Source of the DNA: an uncultured virus (IMG/VR IMGVR_UViG_3300017642_000092)
Taxonomy: Duplodnaviria > Heunggongvirae > Uroviricota > Caudoviricetes
DNA: 64,000 bases
Direction: 5' to 3' (one strand)
IMG/VR virus record: IMGVR_UViG_3300017642_000092
Part shown: positions 9,521-19,400 of the stretch, piece after piece
How positions within the stretch are numbered: the stretch's first letter is position 1
How the letters are laid out: each line of letters begins with the position of its first letter
Translations under genes and position numbers: made by a program
The notes under the pieces: model-generated
The model's input: only the letters and a program-made list of their open reading frames with translations
What the model was told of the DNA's origin: nothing
Database searches by the model: none

Positions 9521-11006
9521 CTTCTTCACCACCCTTCAGAATTTGGGTCAGCAAATCATACTCGCGTGCAACCGAATCGCTATTTTCCTGCCATTGAAGA
9601 ACCACCTCTTCAAGGTGTTCCTGGTTGGCAGAGTCCTCTTGCGCATCACGCACGTATAGTGAGATACTGAGCTTGCTGTTGTTCGCCTGAATCTGAGGTA
9701 TGGTTGCAACCGCAGAGAATCCGGGAATTTCCTCAAATGAGGTGTATGTATCGGCTATTTTCTGAATGTGGATATCTTCCAGATAGCTCGACGCATTTTT
9801 GCGAGTGACCTCTTCCCGTGCATTAATGAACAGCACCTTACCACGCCGGTTAACAGGTTTGTTCATACGACAGATAACAATACATGCCTCCATAGGTGAG
9901 TTGAAGAACAGGTTTTTTCCAATGCCAATTACGCATTCCACCAAGTCATCCTTCACAAGGTTAATCCGCATATCTTTTTCCTCGTCGCGGAACAGGATGC
10001 CATGAGGAAAAAGAATCGCGCATCTGCCAGTTTTCGGGTCAAGACTTTTTAGAATGTGCTGGAAGAAAGCGAAGTCTGCACGGTTTTGCGGCGGAGTGCC
10101 TAAAAAGTTCCGACCATATTTATCGCTTTCAAATGACGTCCGGTCCCACTGCTTAATGGAGTAGGGAGGATTGGCGAGAATTAGGTTGAACTGTTTGAGC
10201 TTTCCGCGTTCTGTAAATGCCGGATACTTTAATGTATCGTCATTGACAATATTAAAATCTTTAATGCCGTGGAGAAACAAGTTCATACGCCCGATTGCCG
10301 CCGTCAAGGAGTTGATTTCCTGGCCATAAACCGCAACATTGCGCCATTCCTTGCCTTGGCCTTTAAGATAAGCGATACATGATATCAGCATACCGGCACT
10401 GCCACATGTGGGATCGTAGACGGATTCTCCGGATTCTGGCTTGAGCATCTCCGTCATTAAATGAACCACAGTGCGGTTTGTATAAAACTCCTGCGCAGTA
10501 TGGCCACTGTCGTCGGCAAATTTTTTAATTAGGTACTCATACCCGTTGCCAAGCTCATCTTCGGGGCAGTTGGCAATGGAGAGGGTTTCACTGCTGAAAT
10601 GCTCTAAAAGGTCTTTTAGCAGGCGGTCTGGGAGGCGGTTTTTGTTTGTCCATGCAGCGTCACCGAAGATACCTTGGAGCTTTTCGGAGTTTGCTTTTTC
10701 TATAGCTCTAAAGGCCTTCACAATGGCTTTTCCAACGTCTTGCGAAACGTTACGAACATCATTCCAATGCGCACCATTGGGAATCAAAAAGCTGTGGTTT
10801 TCCTCCCATTCAAGTGCGTCGACGTCGTCACCGTACTCCTTGCGAATGGCCTCGCATTCTTCGTCGAAGACATCACAAATACGTTTGAAAAACAACAGTG
10901 GGAAAATATATTGCTTATACGCGCCTGCATCAACGCTTGTCCGCAATAGGACCGCAGATCCCCAGAGATAGGTTTCTAGCTCGCTTTGCGTAATCTTATT
11001 GCTCAT
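9507..11006 (-). CDS. hsdM: Type I R-M methyltransferase subunit 2 (NPPY; probable m4C)
   Basis: EFYT, DPTCGSAGML and NPPY motifs. Confidence 0.92.
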   Translation of the reverse strand: MSNKITQSELETYLWGSAVLLRTSVDAGAYKQYIFPLLFFKRICDVFDEECEAIRKEYGDDVDALEWEENHSFLIPNGAHWNDVRNVSQDVGKAIVKAFRAIEKANSEKLQGIFGDAAWTNKNRLPDRLLKDLLEHFSSETLSIANCPEDELGNGYEYLIKKFADDSGHTAQEFYTNRTVVHLMTEMLKPESGESVYDPTCGSAGMLISCIAYLKGQGKEWRNVAVYGQEINSLTAAIGRMNLFLHGIKDFNIVNDDTLKYPAFTERGKLKQFNLILANPPYSIKQWDRTSFESDKYGRNFLGTPPQNRADFAFFQHILKSLDPKTGRCAILFPHGILFRDEEKDMRINLVKDDLVECVIGIGKNLFFNSPMEACIVICRMNKPVNRRGKVLFINAREEVTRKNASSYLEDIHIQKIADTYTSFEEIPGFSAVATIPQIQANNSKLSISLYVRDAQEDSANQEHLEEVVLQWQENSDSVAREYDLLTQILKGGEEDEAL

Positions 11007-13416
11007 TGATGTAACCTCCCTTTGCCAGAAGCTTTTTCAGGATAGCTTCGTTCTCACGTACGCTCTGAATGGCTTCAAAGTATTGTTTTCGCACCTCGGC
11101 GGGAGGTGTAATTTCTTGTTTGGTTTTCTCGATGTATGTTCCAACTGCCAAGGTGTACCCGGCTTTGCGGATATCCGCCTTCGTCACGACTTTAGAGTAA
11201 TCTATTTTATCGTCGTATGCTTGGTACAGATCATAAGTCTTTTGGATATCGTCGTCTGTCATGATGTTCTGTGCCCGCTGAGGAGTATAGATTCTGGAGG
11301 CGTCAATCAGACAAACCCGGCCACGGTGGTCAACCGATTTCTTGTTATTCAGGAAGAGAATGCAGGCGGAGACTCCGGTGCTGTAGAAAACGCCACTAAC
11401 CAGGGTGATGACGCATTCCAACATATCTGATTCTACCAGCTGCTCACGCATTTTGCCTTCCTTGCCGCCATGGAAAAGAACACCCTGTGGAAGGACAACT
11501 GCGCATTTCCCAGACTTCGGGTCCATGGATTTCACCATGTGCTGGAGCCATGCAAAATCTGCGCTTGAATCGGAAGGACAGCCCCAGAGGTTACGGCCAT
11601 ACTTGTCTGATTCAAATTGCGTTGAACCCCATTTTTCCAGTGAAAAGGGCGGGTTGGCTAAGACACAGTTGAATGTCTGTAATTTTCCGTGCGCTACAAA
11701 GCTAGGCTGGCGCAAAGTGTCACCTTGCATGATTTTGAAATCATGGGCGCCGTGAAGAAAGAGGTTCATTTTTGCTATGGCAGATGTGGAGAGGTTCTTC
11801 TCTTGCCCATAAATTCTGCCATACGTCATTTTGTCGTCGTGAATGTGACGTATGGCTTCTATGAGCATCCCACCTGTTCCACAGGCGGGATCGTATACGG
11901 TGTCTCCGGGCTTTGGCTGCATCAGCATAACCATCAACTTCACGATAGAACGTGGTGTATAAAACTCGCCCGCGTTCTTCTTGGACAGGTCTGCAAATTT
12001 CTTAATGAGGTATTCGTAGGCATCGCCCATGACGTCGGCGGAATAGTTGTTGTTGCCCACCTTGAGTTTTGACATGTGCTCAACGAGGTCCTTCAAGCGC
12101 TCATCAGTAAGCTTTGTTTTATCGGTCCATGTAGCATCATCAAAGCTGGAGAATACGCCGCTCAAGGTTTCAGGGTTAGCTCGCTCAATCCCATTCATGG
12201 CAGAGACGATTGCCTTGCCAACATTGGTAGTTGTATTGCGAACATCTTCCCAATGGCAGTTCTCAGGAATGATAAAGCTATGCTGCTCCGGGAAGGAGGC
12301 GTAATCAACGTCTCCGCCGGATTCCTCCAGTGCTAGTGCCGTTTCCTCATCATATACATCCGAAATACGTTTGAAAAAGAGAATTGGAGTGACATAGCTC
12401 TTATATTCGTCTTGGTTGATAGGGCCTCGAAGGATATTGCAGGACTCAAACAAGTGATTAAACAGCTGTTTGCTGGTTGTTTCTTCACTTTCAACCGTAG
12501 AATTTTTCAGTTCTTTGTCGGCAACTTCCACCGAAGATAGCATCATGTCAGCACGACTGCCTGTATCAACCTTGGCCTCTTTGCTGCGCTCAAAGGCAAC
12601 GCTCTTATCATCCTGTACCTTTTCCATCTTGGAAGGGTATTTATTTTCAAACTCCACCAGAATTTTCAGAAGGCGTTCATCCAGGAACGTTAGTGCGTGC
12701 TTCCTTATGTCCGTGGGAATTCCGTAGTAAGCCTCTGCGATTCCACCCGTTATGGCTGCAATGGTGTCACTATCGCCACCAATGGAGATTGCATTTCGTA
12801 TGGCATCTTCAAAGCTGGTAGCCTCGAAGAATGCTTCCAGTGCTTGAGGAACAGTGTCTTGGCAGCTTTCGTTGAACTTATAGCTATCCCGTATACCATC
12901 GAGTGTGAAATCAATAGAGTAGTAGTTTTGGGTGATGTAATCTTGGATTTCAAGTAGGCTTTTTCCAGAACGAGCAAGGAAGATTGCAACAGATGTTGCC
13001 TCGGCTCCTTTGATTCCCTCGGGATGATTATGCGTAATCTCAGTGACTGCCTTTGACAGAGTCTTGGCCTCATCGAGGCTTCGAGCAACAAATCCACACG
13101 CGCTGACGCGCATTGCTGCTCCGTTGCCATAGCTGCCGTATGGCTGGGGGTTGTTTGAATGCACCCACTTTCGGAAGCTTTCGCCATACCCGCAGGTGGG
13201 ATACAGTCGGCCGATACTCTGCATATATGTAACGGCGACCTTAGCCAGGTTGCTATAGTCCGACTTGCATTTCAAAAGGGCTTTAGCAATTGCTAATGAC
13301 ATGACAGAGTCATCCGTTACGTTGCATTTATAAGTCAGAAACTCAAACTGTTTGTTTCTGTGGTTGTGCCACTCAAAACGGGAACCAACGATGTCCCCGA
13401 TAATTGCTCCTAACAT
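10996..13416 (-). CDS. hsdM: ADP-ribosylglycohydrolase (DraG/ARH-like) fused to type I methyltransferase subunit 1 (NPPF)
   Basis: N-terminal GDIVGSRFE, TDD, GNGAAMR, THNHP and GGDSDTIAAITGG. C-terminal GEFYTP, DPACGTGGML and NPPF. Single uninterrupted ORF. Confidence 0.9.
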   Translation of the reverse strand: MLGAIIGDIVGSRFEWHNHRNKQFEFLTYKCNVTDDSVMSLAIAKALLKCKSDYSNLAKVAVTYMQSIGRLYPTCGYGESFRKWVHSNNPQPYGSYGNGAAMRVSACGFVARSLDEAKTLSKAVTEITHNHPEGIKGAEATSVAIFLARSGKSLLEIQDYITQNYYSIDFTLDGIRDSYKFNESCQDTVPQALEAFFEATSFEDAIRNAISIGGDSDTIAAITGGIAEAYYGIPTDIRKHALTFLDERLLKILVEFENKYPSKMEKVQDDKSVAFERSKEAKVDTGSRADMMLSSVEVADKELKNSTVESEETTSKQLFNHLFESCNILRGPINQDEYKSYVTPILFFKRISDVYDEETALALEESGGDVDYASFPEQHSFIIPENCHWEDVRNTTTNVGKAIVSAMNGIERANPETLSGVFSSFDDATWTDKTKLTDERLKDLVEHMSKLKVGNNNYSADVMGDAYEYLIKKFADLSKKNAGEFYTPRSIVKLMVMLMQPKPGDTVYDPACGTGGMLIEAIRHIHDDKMTYGRIYGQEKNLSTSAIAKMNLFLHGAHDFKIMQGDTLRQPSFVAHGKLQTFNCVLANPPFSLEKWGSTQFESDKYGRNLWGCPSDSSADFAWLQHMVKSMDPKSGKCAVVLPQGVLFHGGKEGKMREQLVESDMLECVITLVSGVFYSTGVSACILFLNNKKSVDHRGRVCLIDASRIYTPQRAQNIMTDDDIQKTYDLYQAYDDKIDYSKVVTKADIRKAGYTLAVGTYIEKTKQEITPPAEVRKQYFEAIQSVRENEAILKKLLAKGGYINEQ

Positions 13417-13429
13417 ATGTTTTCTCCTC

Positions 13430-14083
13430 TTATGCTACGATGTTATTTATTTGTGGTGTGAATAAAGTATCCAGCTTGCGTGGGGTATAAATGCGAGTTT
13501 TCATACGTTCCATGAGCTGCAAGCTCTGAAATACTTTCACTCCAAATGTCCTATCCAAGAAAGTATCCCGCATTAGAGACGTCTTTTCCATCTCGTCTTT
13601 TATCTCGCGGCGGTGCCGTCTGCGCTCTTGTAGCATTTTGGCTGCTTCAAGCATCTTTGCATCGTCTGGATTATTGAACTCCATGAAATGGAGTATGTCA
13701 CAAATCTCTTTGTCTACTTCAGAGAGCATTTGGTTTAGGCGGCTCTGATATTCACCCATGTGGCTACTCATGAAATAGAGTTCCTTTAGCTTCTGCTCCC
13801 AGTTATTCTGAAGAGTATCGAACATGGTCGGCTCATCATCATGAGCGACATGCACTTTTTTTGACATAACCACATTGGCAGGTTCTGATTGCTCAGCGAT
13901 TTCCAGTATGGTGTAGAACCTTGACTTTTTTCCACTGCCAATTCTCAGCTGGGCTTCGTGAACAGAAAATGTTGTCGCGTCATCAATGTTATTAGCAACG
14001 ATAAGGTTGTTGTCGTCACTTAGCTTAAAGAAGGCGCCGTGGTAAGAGTCTGTAATATAACACTTTTTTTCATTGATTGTCAT
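13430..14083 (-). CDS. Hypothetical protein with coiled-coil C-terminus, inside the R-M operon
   Basis: 217-aa ORF with AAGGAGG RBS, 13-14 bp from both neighbours. Confidence 0.75.
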   Translation of the reverse strand: MTINEKKCYITDSYHGAFFKLSDDNNLIVANNIDDATTFSVHEAQLRIGSGKKSRFYTILEIAEQSEPANVVMSKKVHVAHDDEPTMFDTLQNNWEQKLKELYFMSSHMGEYQSRLNQMLSEVDKEICDILHFMEFNNPDDAKMLEAAKMLQERRRHRREIKDEMEKTSLMRDTFLDRTFGVKVFQSLQLMERMKTRIYTPRKLDTLFTPQINNIVA

Positions 14084-14097
14084 TATTGACGCCTCCT

Positions 14098-15708
14098 TTA
14101 GAAGCTCTGCAACCTGCTAAGAACATCTTTCCAACGTTGCTCGGCAGCTGCGATGGTCGTCTGATAAGTTTTGAGTTCTTCAATGTATTCATCAACCGTT
14201 TTCTTTTGGGCTTCCAGTGGCGGCACCGGAATTTCTAGCCCAGTCAAATCCTTGTAGCTAATGCTGATAATTGTCATGCCTTGCTGCGTCCCACTAACCA
14301 GTTTTTTCCCAAGGGGGCTATCCAGAAAAATCTTCAGGTATGTGCAATCAAGCAATTTTGGGTCCGGCCTGATGGTTATTACGTTTGAGGACGCGATGCA
14401 TGGGTATTTCTGCTCGTGGAATACCGCCGTTCTGATTGCAGTTCCTCTTGCTGGAATGAGAACGTCGCCTTCTTTGAGGAGATAATTTGTGACCTTTCGC
14501 TCCTCTTCTTCGAGATGGTCAATATTCTCATAGTCGATGTCGTAATCACCGATGTTCGATATATTAACGACGCCGATGGCGCCAGTTAGGTCCTTTTTCG
14601 TGACTGATTTGCCTCGGAAAATTTCGGCAACATCACCCATAGCAACCCTGCGCACAGATGACGTCTGGAATTTTTGCCACTCTTCATCTTGCTGTGAGAA
14701 TATTTTATTTACGTTCCAGTCTCCAAGCTCGTCTAGTTCTACAGGCATTACAAAGGTTTCTTCTTCAACAATGAGTTCTGAAACCATGTCGCGTCTGCTT
14801 TTCCGCTTGGGTGCTGTGTAGCGCCGGATAATAACGTCGTCATCGCCGGGTTGTGCATTAGCTACATCGATGAGATACGTTTTGATGCCGGTCCCTTCGA
14901 AGGTGCCTTCTGGTAGTTCTGATATTTCCTTGACTCTATAGGATTGCTGGACAAAACGTCGAAGTTCTCCGGCCTTTCCTTGAGCAAAGGTAATGCGCGC
15001 TGGCATAGTGATAATAAGTTCTCCGCCGCTAACGGTGTGAAGGAGCAGGTTTTCGAGGGCCACAGCGTCTTGATCACGGCTCATAAAGTTGTTGTCTTCT
15101 GCTAAACTTCTGACGCCAAAGTTTGGTACAGAAAATATAAGGTCGTAGCGGCAATCTACAAACCCGTATTTATAGATGCTGATATTGAGTATCTGGATAT
15201 TGTTGTAACCAGCAAAAATGCGTCTTAACACTAGATAACTTTCGCGTTGCTCAACGGTGAGCGTAAAGCTACAGCCAGGGTGGTCATCCACCAGTTGTTT
15301 GAGATTAGGGATGAATTTTTCGCTTTCTGCCACGAGAACGGTTCCTGAGTTAATGGTAAACCGTTTTCTGTATTCAGCAAGCAGTGCAGAAGAAGCGGCT
15401 AAGTATCTGGAGCCTCGCATACTTTCGGCCATCATCATTTCCCAATCCAGGTCCTCAGATAATTCGTTGTAAGCCTTGTAGGCCCCCGCAAACTGTGCCT
15501 TGTCATTAAAGGGATTGCCAATGCTGAGCCGGTCGGCTACCGAAAGCATCGTTTCATAAAGGCGCTCCTCTGACTTGCCTGCCATCTGTCTGTTATCGCA
15601 TTCTTTTTTTACCTCGGCCACAAGGAGTGTAGCTGGAACGTACGAATCAGCAGTTACGTAGCCTCTAAGCATATTCATATAGTCGAATGTTGCGCTCTTG
15701 TTACTCAT
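14098..15708 (-). CDS. Degenerate N6-MTase-like domain fused to a single HsdS-type TRD
   Basis: SVPNFG in place of NPPF, ISELPEGTFEGTGIKT MTase-like strand, and a C-terminal TRD (IFRGKS...LKEGDVLI...IPVPPLEAQ). Confidence 0.7.
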   Translation of the reverse strand: MSNKSATFDYMNMLRGYVTADSYVPATLLVAEVKKECDNRQMAGKSEERLYETMLSVADRLSIGNPFNDKAQFAGAYKAYNELSEDLDWEMMMAESMRGSRYLAASSALLAEYRKRFTINSGTVLVAESEKFIPNLKQLVDDHPGCSFTLTVEQRESYLVLRRIFAGYNNIQILNISIYKYGFVDCRYDLIFSVPNFGVRSLAEDNNFMSRDQDAVALENLLLHTVSGGELIITMPARITFAQGKAGELRRFVQQSYRVKEISELPEGTFEGTGIKTYLIDVANAQPGDDDVIIRRYTAPKRKSRRDMVSELIVEEETFVMPVELDELGDWNVNKIFSQQDEEWQKFQTSSVRRVAMGDVAEIFRGKSVTKKDLTGAIGVVNISNIGDYDIDYENIDHLEEEERKVTNYLLKEGDVLIPARGTAIRTAVFHEQKYPCIASSNVITIRPDPKLLDCTYLKIFLDSPLGKKLVSGTQQGMTIISISYKDLTGLEIPVPPLEAQKKTVDEYIEELKTYQTTIAAAEQRWKDVLSRLQSF

Positions 15709-15749
15709 TTTCAGCCCTCCGATGCCCGTTGTCGACTTTGACTGTACAC

Positions 15750-15814
15750 AGTATAACACGCAAAAATATTTCTGTCAATACTAAATTGAGTTTTGGTATG
15801 CAAATACCAAAACT
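15750..15814 (-). promoter_or_regulatory. Sigma-A promoter of the R-M operon with an upstream palindrome
   Basis: TTGACA-17-TATACT with extended TG (15778 to 15750). AGTTTTGGTAT-gcaa-ATACCAAAACT at 15789-15814. Confidence 0.75.
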
Positions 15815-16210
15815 ATTTTAGTGAATTGATTAGGCTTGCGATGTGGGCAAATAAGTACAAAAGGAAACCGCAACCTTTTAATTTTGCCACACTTTTTAAT
15901 TATTCCCCGGCTGCCAATTTTGCAGGGTAAGTAAATCCAAAATCAGCAGCCTGCACTACGAACCGAATAAACAGAAAACGGGCTCCCGAAGCTCGCATCG
16001 AAAAGATGTGGAGCCTCGGAAGCCCTTGTTTTATGGCCTTTTTCGGCACTCGCTGCCGGAGAGGGCCTTTTCCCGTTTGTATCAAAGACGGTATGAACAT
16101 AGACCCAGCATGTAAAGAAGGGATATTATTCGAAGCCTTTTTCGATTATAATGGAATTTTCGACCATTTTGACTTATAATATTTGATAAGCAAAAGTGAG
16201 GTGGATTATC

Positions 16211-16315
16211 GTGTCTATCATAGCTTGTTCCGAATGCGGCAACAAGATTTCAGACCGTGCGGAGATCTGCCCGCATTGCGAATTGCCACGACGCTTTTTT
16301 AACTTATCACACTGA
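16211..16315 (+). CDS. 34-aa zinc-ribbon peptide or gene remnant (MSIIACSECGNKISDRAEICPHCELPRRFFNLSH)
   Basis: GAGGTGG RBS, GTG start and a CxxC-x10-CPxC motif. Confidence 0.5.
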   Translation: MSIIACSECGNKISDRAEICPHCELPRRFFNLSH

Positions 16316-16435
16316 TATCATGCAGTTAACTATGAACGAACATTTGAACATGAGTCGGTAAAACCGGTGGGTAAAAAGTGGAGTTGATTCCGCGAGGGGA
16401 GATTGGAATCCTGATACGAAATGAGGTGAACGTCA

Positions 16436-19400
16436 ATGTGGCATATTCCAATAAACGCAACCGAGCATTCGTTGCTATATGCCACCGAGACGTTTGAACA
16501 ATTCGAGGGGCTGCTGCAGTTCTTTGAAAAGCTGGATAACGAGGAGAACGACGCTTGGTGGGAGAAGTTAGCAAACGACATCGGGCGTTCCGACTCAGCG
16601 GATTTGTTTGAAACCGAGAGGTATAGCGACAGGGACTACGACGACGAATATTCCGAAGTGACTGCCGAAGAGCAAGATGGCAAGCCAAAGGAGACAGTGA
16701 TCATTATGGAGGCAACAACCGCAACCGATCTCGACGCTGAGGCAACATTTGAAATCGAAAGGGATATGCGGATTTCCCTTCGCTCGCAGCGGGGCGGCAA
16801 GCTGTCTGTACAGGATTATGTCGAGGGTATCGCCGCACGGTATCCTCTACTTGGCGCGGCTGTTTTAGAGGAAAACAGCCGTAAAGCGATTGAGAAAACG
16901 GCTCTCCAAGCCATTAGAATTTTGCTTGAGCATAACAAAGTTTATAACTGGGCTTACCTCTCCATATTTCTGACGATGATACAGTACACCAAAGTATGGG
17001 ATAGAGGTGACAATGCCGGCTTCTGGGCGTACATTGCGGAGCAGTTTGGGTATAAAGATTCGCAGTCTATGTACAGCGTTCTCACCACCTCGGTAAAAGA
17101 GGCTTGCCGTGGCTACAATCGCTTTTTTGTTGTTGATCCGAACGGTGATAACAACTATTACTCCACCGTCTTGGCTCACTCAATTTCTCCAAACAAGAGC
17201 GTTTTCGCGCTGTTTGATTTCCTCGTAAAGTTCTACAAAAACAATCTGGACTGCTCGGTCTACGAGGGCGACCCCGCCATCGGAAGAATGGTCGGTGTAT
17301 TGCGTGACCGCTGTAACGGCGCGTCCGTTGAGCAGGACGATGACATTCGAGGCAATGTCTACGGCATTCAGGTTGGCATGAGAGTATTGCTGACCACCCG
17401 CCCCGGCTATATGCGGCACTTTCTCACAAAGGTGCTTCAGAAAATTGGGTTCTTGCTCGACGGAAACGAACTGTCTGGCAAGGACTATGTGGACGAAGTC
17501 CTCACACAATGGTACATCGGGAAACTGCTCGAACCTGCGACATCAGCGACGACATCAGTTAAGAGAAGCACCCCTACCCACAAACGCACGACTGAAATAG
17601 CGTTCTCCTACGGGAAAATCAAAGTTGAGTACATACTTGACGATGACGGCGAACCGGCGATACGAATTCCGTCAATCCGTCTGGCAAGCCGCGAAAACCC
17701 CGTGCTGAGGATTTACTCGAACACCGATATGATCTATCAGATCACAATCGGCATATACGGAAACGATTACGCCGCGACCTCCGAGGAGACAATAGTTCCG
17801 CTATCGGATATTTCTGACGCTGACTTTATCCGGCTCAACGCCGAAATAAAGATTGACGGCAAAGAAATTTATACTTCCGGAAACAGCTTGAACGTTACGG
17901 CTCTGCTGTTCAAGGACAGCAAACTTCAAACAGGAAAAACAATCGATGGAGGCAATTATGTACTGTTCGCGCCCAAAGCGGTCAATATTAAGTTCCAAGG
18001 CAATGTTGAAAGAGAACGCCGTTCATATTTCGCGCAACTCATCAACATCTATATTCAGGGCGAGGTTTCGGTATTTGCAGACGGTAGATTGCTCTTTTGC
18101 TCACGACCGCCGGAAGGCTCGCTTCGTTTCCGCTTGCAACAAGGACAGGTGGAGTATGTAGTGCGCGGCATCGCTTACCCCCTGTTCAGCCGTAATGAGT
18201 TTTCAGTCACGGCTATCGGTGTATTCGACGGCAAGAATGTAACAGCCACGACCCAGAGTGGTGAAAAACTAATCATCCAGAGTCGCGACACGAATTTGTG
18301 TCAATTCTCACTTCCTGCCGAAAACGGCGGTTATACCATCACTTTGACAGACGAAAACACGGGAAGAGTGTTTGATGAGGCGAGATTCTATATCGTCGAT
18401 AACTACTCCGTCGCCTTTGACAGCGATTATTACCTTGAATCCGCTGAGGACGGCAATGTGGTCTTTGAGGTTGATAGTCAAAAGTATGAGCTGTCGCTGA
18501 TGGGCTTCACCTTAAAAGTGAAAATCCCTGTCGGTAACGGTGACATTCAGATTCAAATACCCAGAATCCGCTTGCTCTTGGATGGCAATCCGCTTCCGAC
18601 AGAGGCGGTCTGGAAAGGTGAAATTTCTCCGAGCAGCACTCTTCGTGTCTTGTGTCCAGAAACCGTTGCCCTATCACTTTCGTTTGCGAATTCGACGATG
18701 CCTAGAAGAAGCATAATGGGCGGCTTTGATTACGCGATTGGAAACGCCGTGCAAGCGTATGACGGAGATGCGAACAAGTGTTCAGTCAATTTGCACGTTG
18801 CCGGCGACAACCTTCGAATGCTCGATGTCGTGTTTAAAATGTCGCTGACCGAGCCGCCACAGTTCAACTTAACCGAAAGCACCCTGACTTGGCTGAATAG
18901 TCATTCCTTTATGGGAGACAAAAGCACAAGACTCAAGTTCGTGTTTAAGCCGCGATATGGCGAAGCGGTCGCACTGACTATTGGTCAAGGCGAAAAAATC
19001 CTCAGCGAAGACTTCCCGACTATATCAGAGTGGTACCGTTATCAGGTCATCGCCCAAATCGATACGGCATTCGGCGTGTCTGAAACGAAACTCGCCGAAG
19101 GTACCGTTATTTTCGGGGATAAGTTCGCCGTGATATTCCGTGGCGAAATACTGCGAATTGAGAAAGTCCTGCTCGATGGAGAGCCTATCGAAATAAAGCC
19201 GGTGTATGCTGATGAAATCACCTATGTCGGGATAGAAAATCTTGGTTACACCGACCTCAGCGGTGATTACGCCCATTACACGGCGAAGCTGTTCTTTAAG
19301 ACGATGAATGACGATGTTTACTTTAGAGACCTGAACCCTGTGGATATTTACCTCGTAAATGAAAAAGCGGGGCGCCTGCACATTTCATTTAACGACGGCG

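Larger units (their letters stand above)
1..16086 (-). mobile_element. Early/regulatory end of prophage-like element A with type I R-M cargo (continues beyond the left edge)
   Basis: Same gene order as element B (sigma, 58-aa ORF, ~109-aa ORF, DUF2800, DUF2815, small membrane ORF). The right boundary is inferred from the att-like motif at 16021-16086. Confidence 0.65.
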
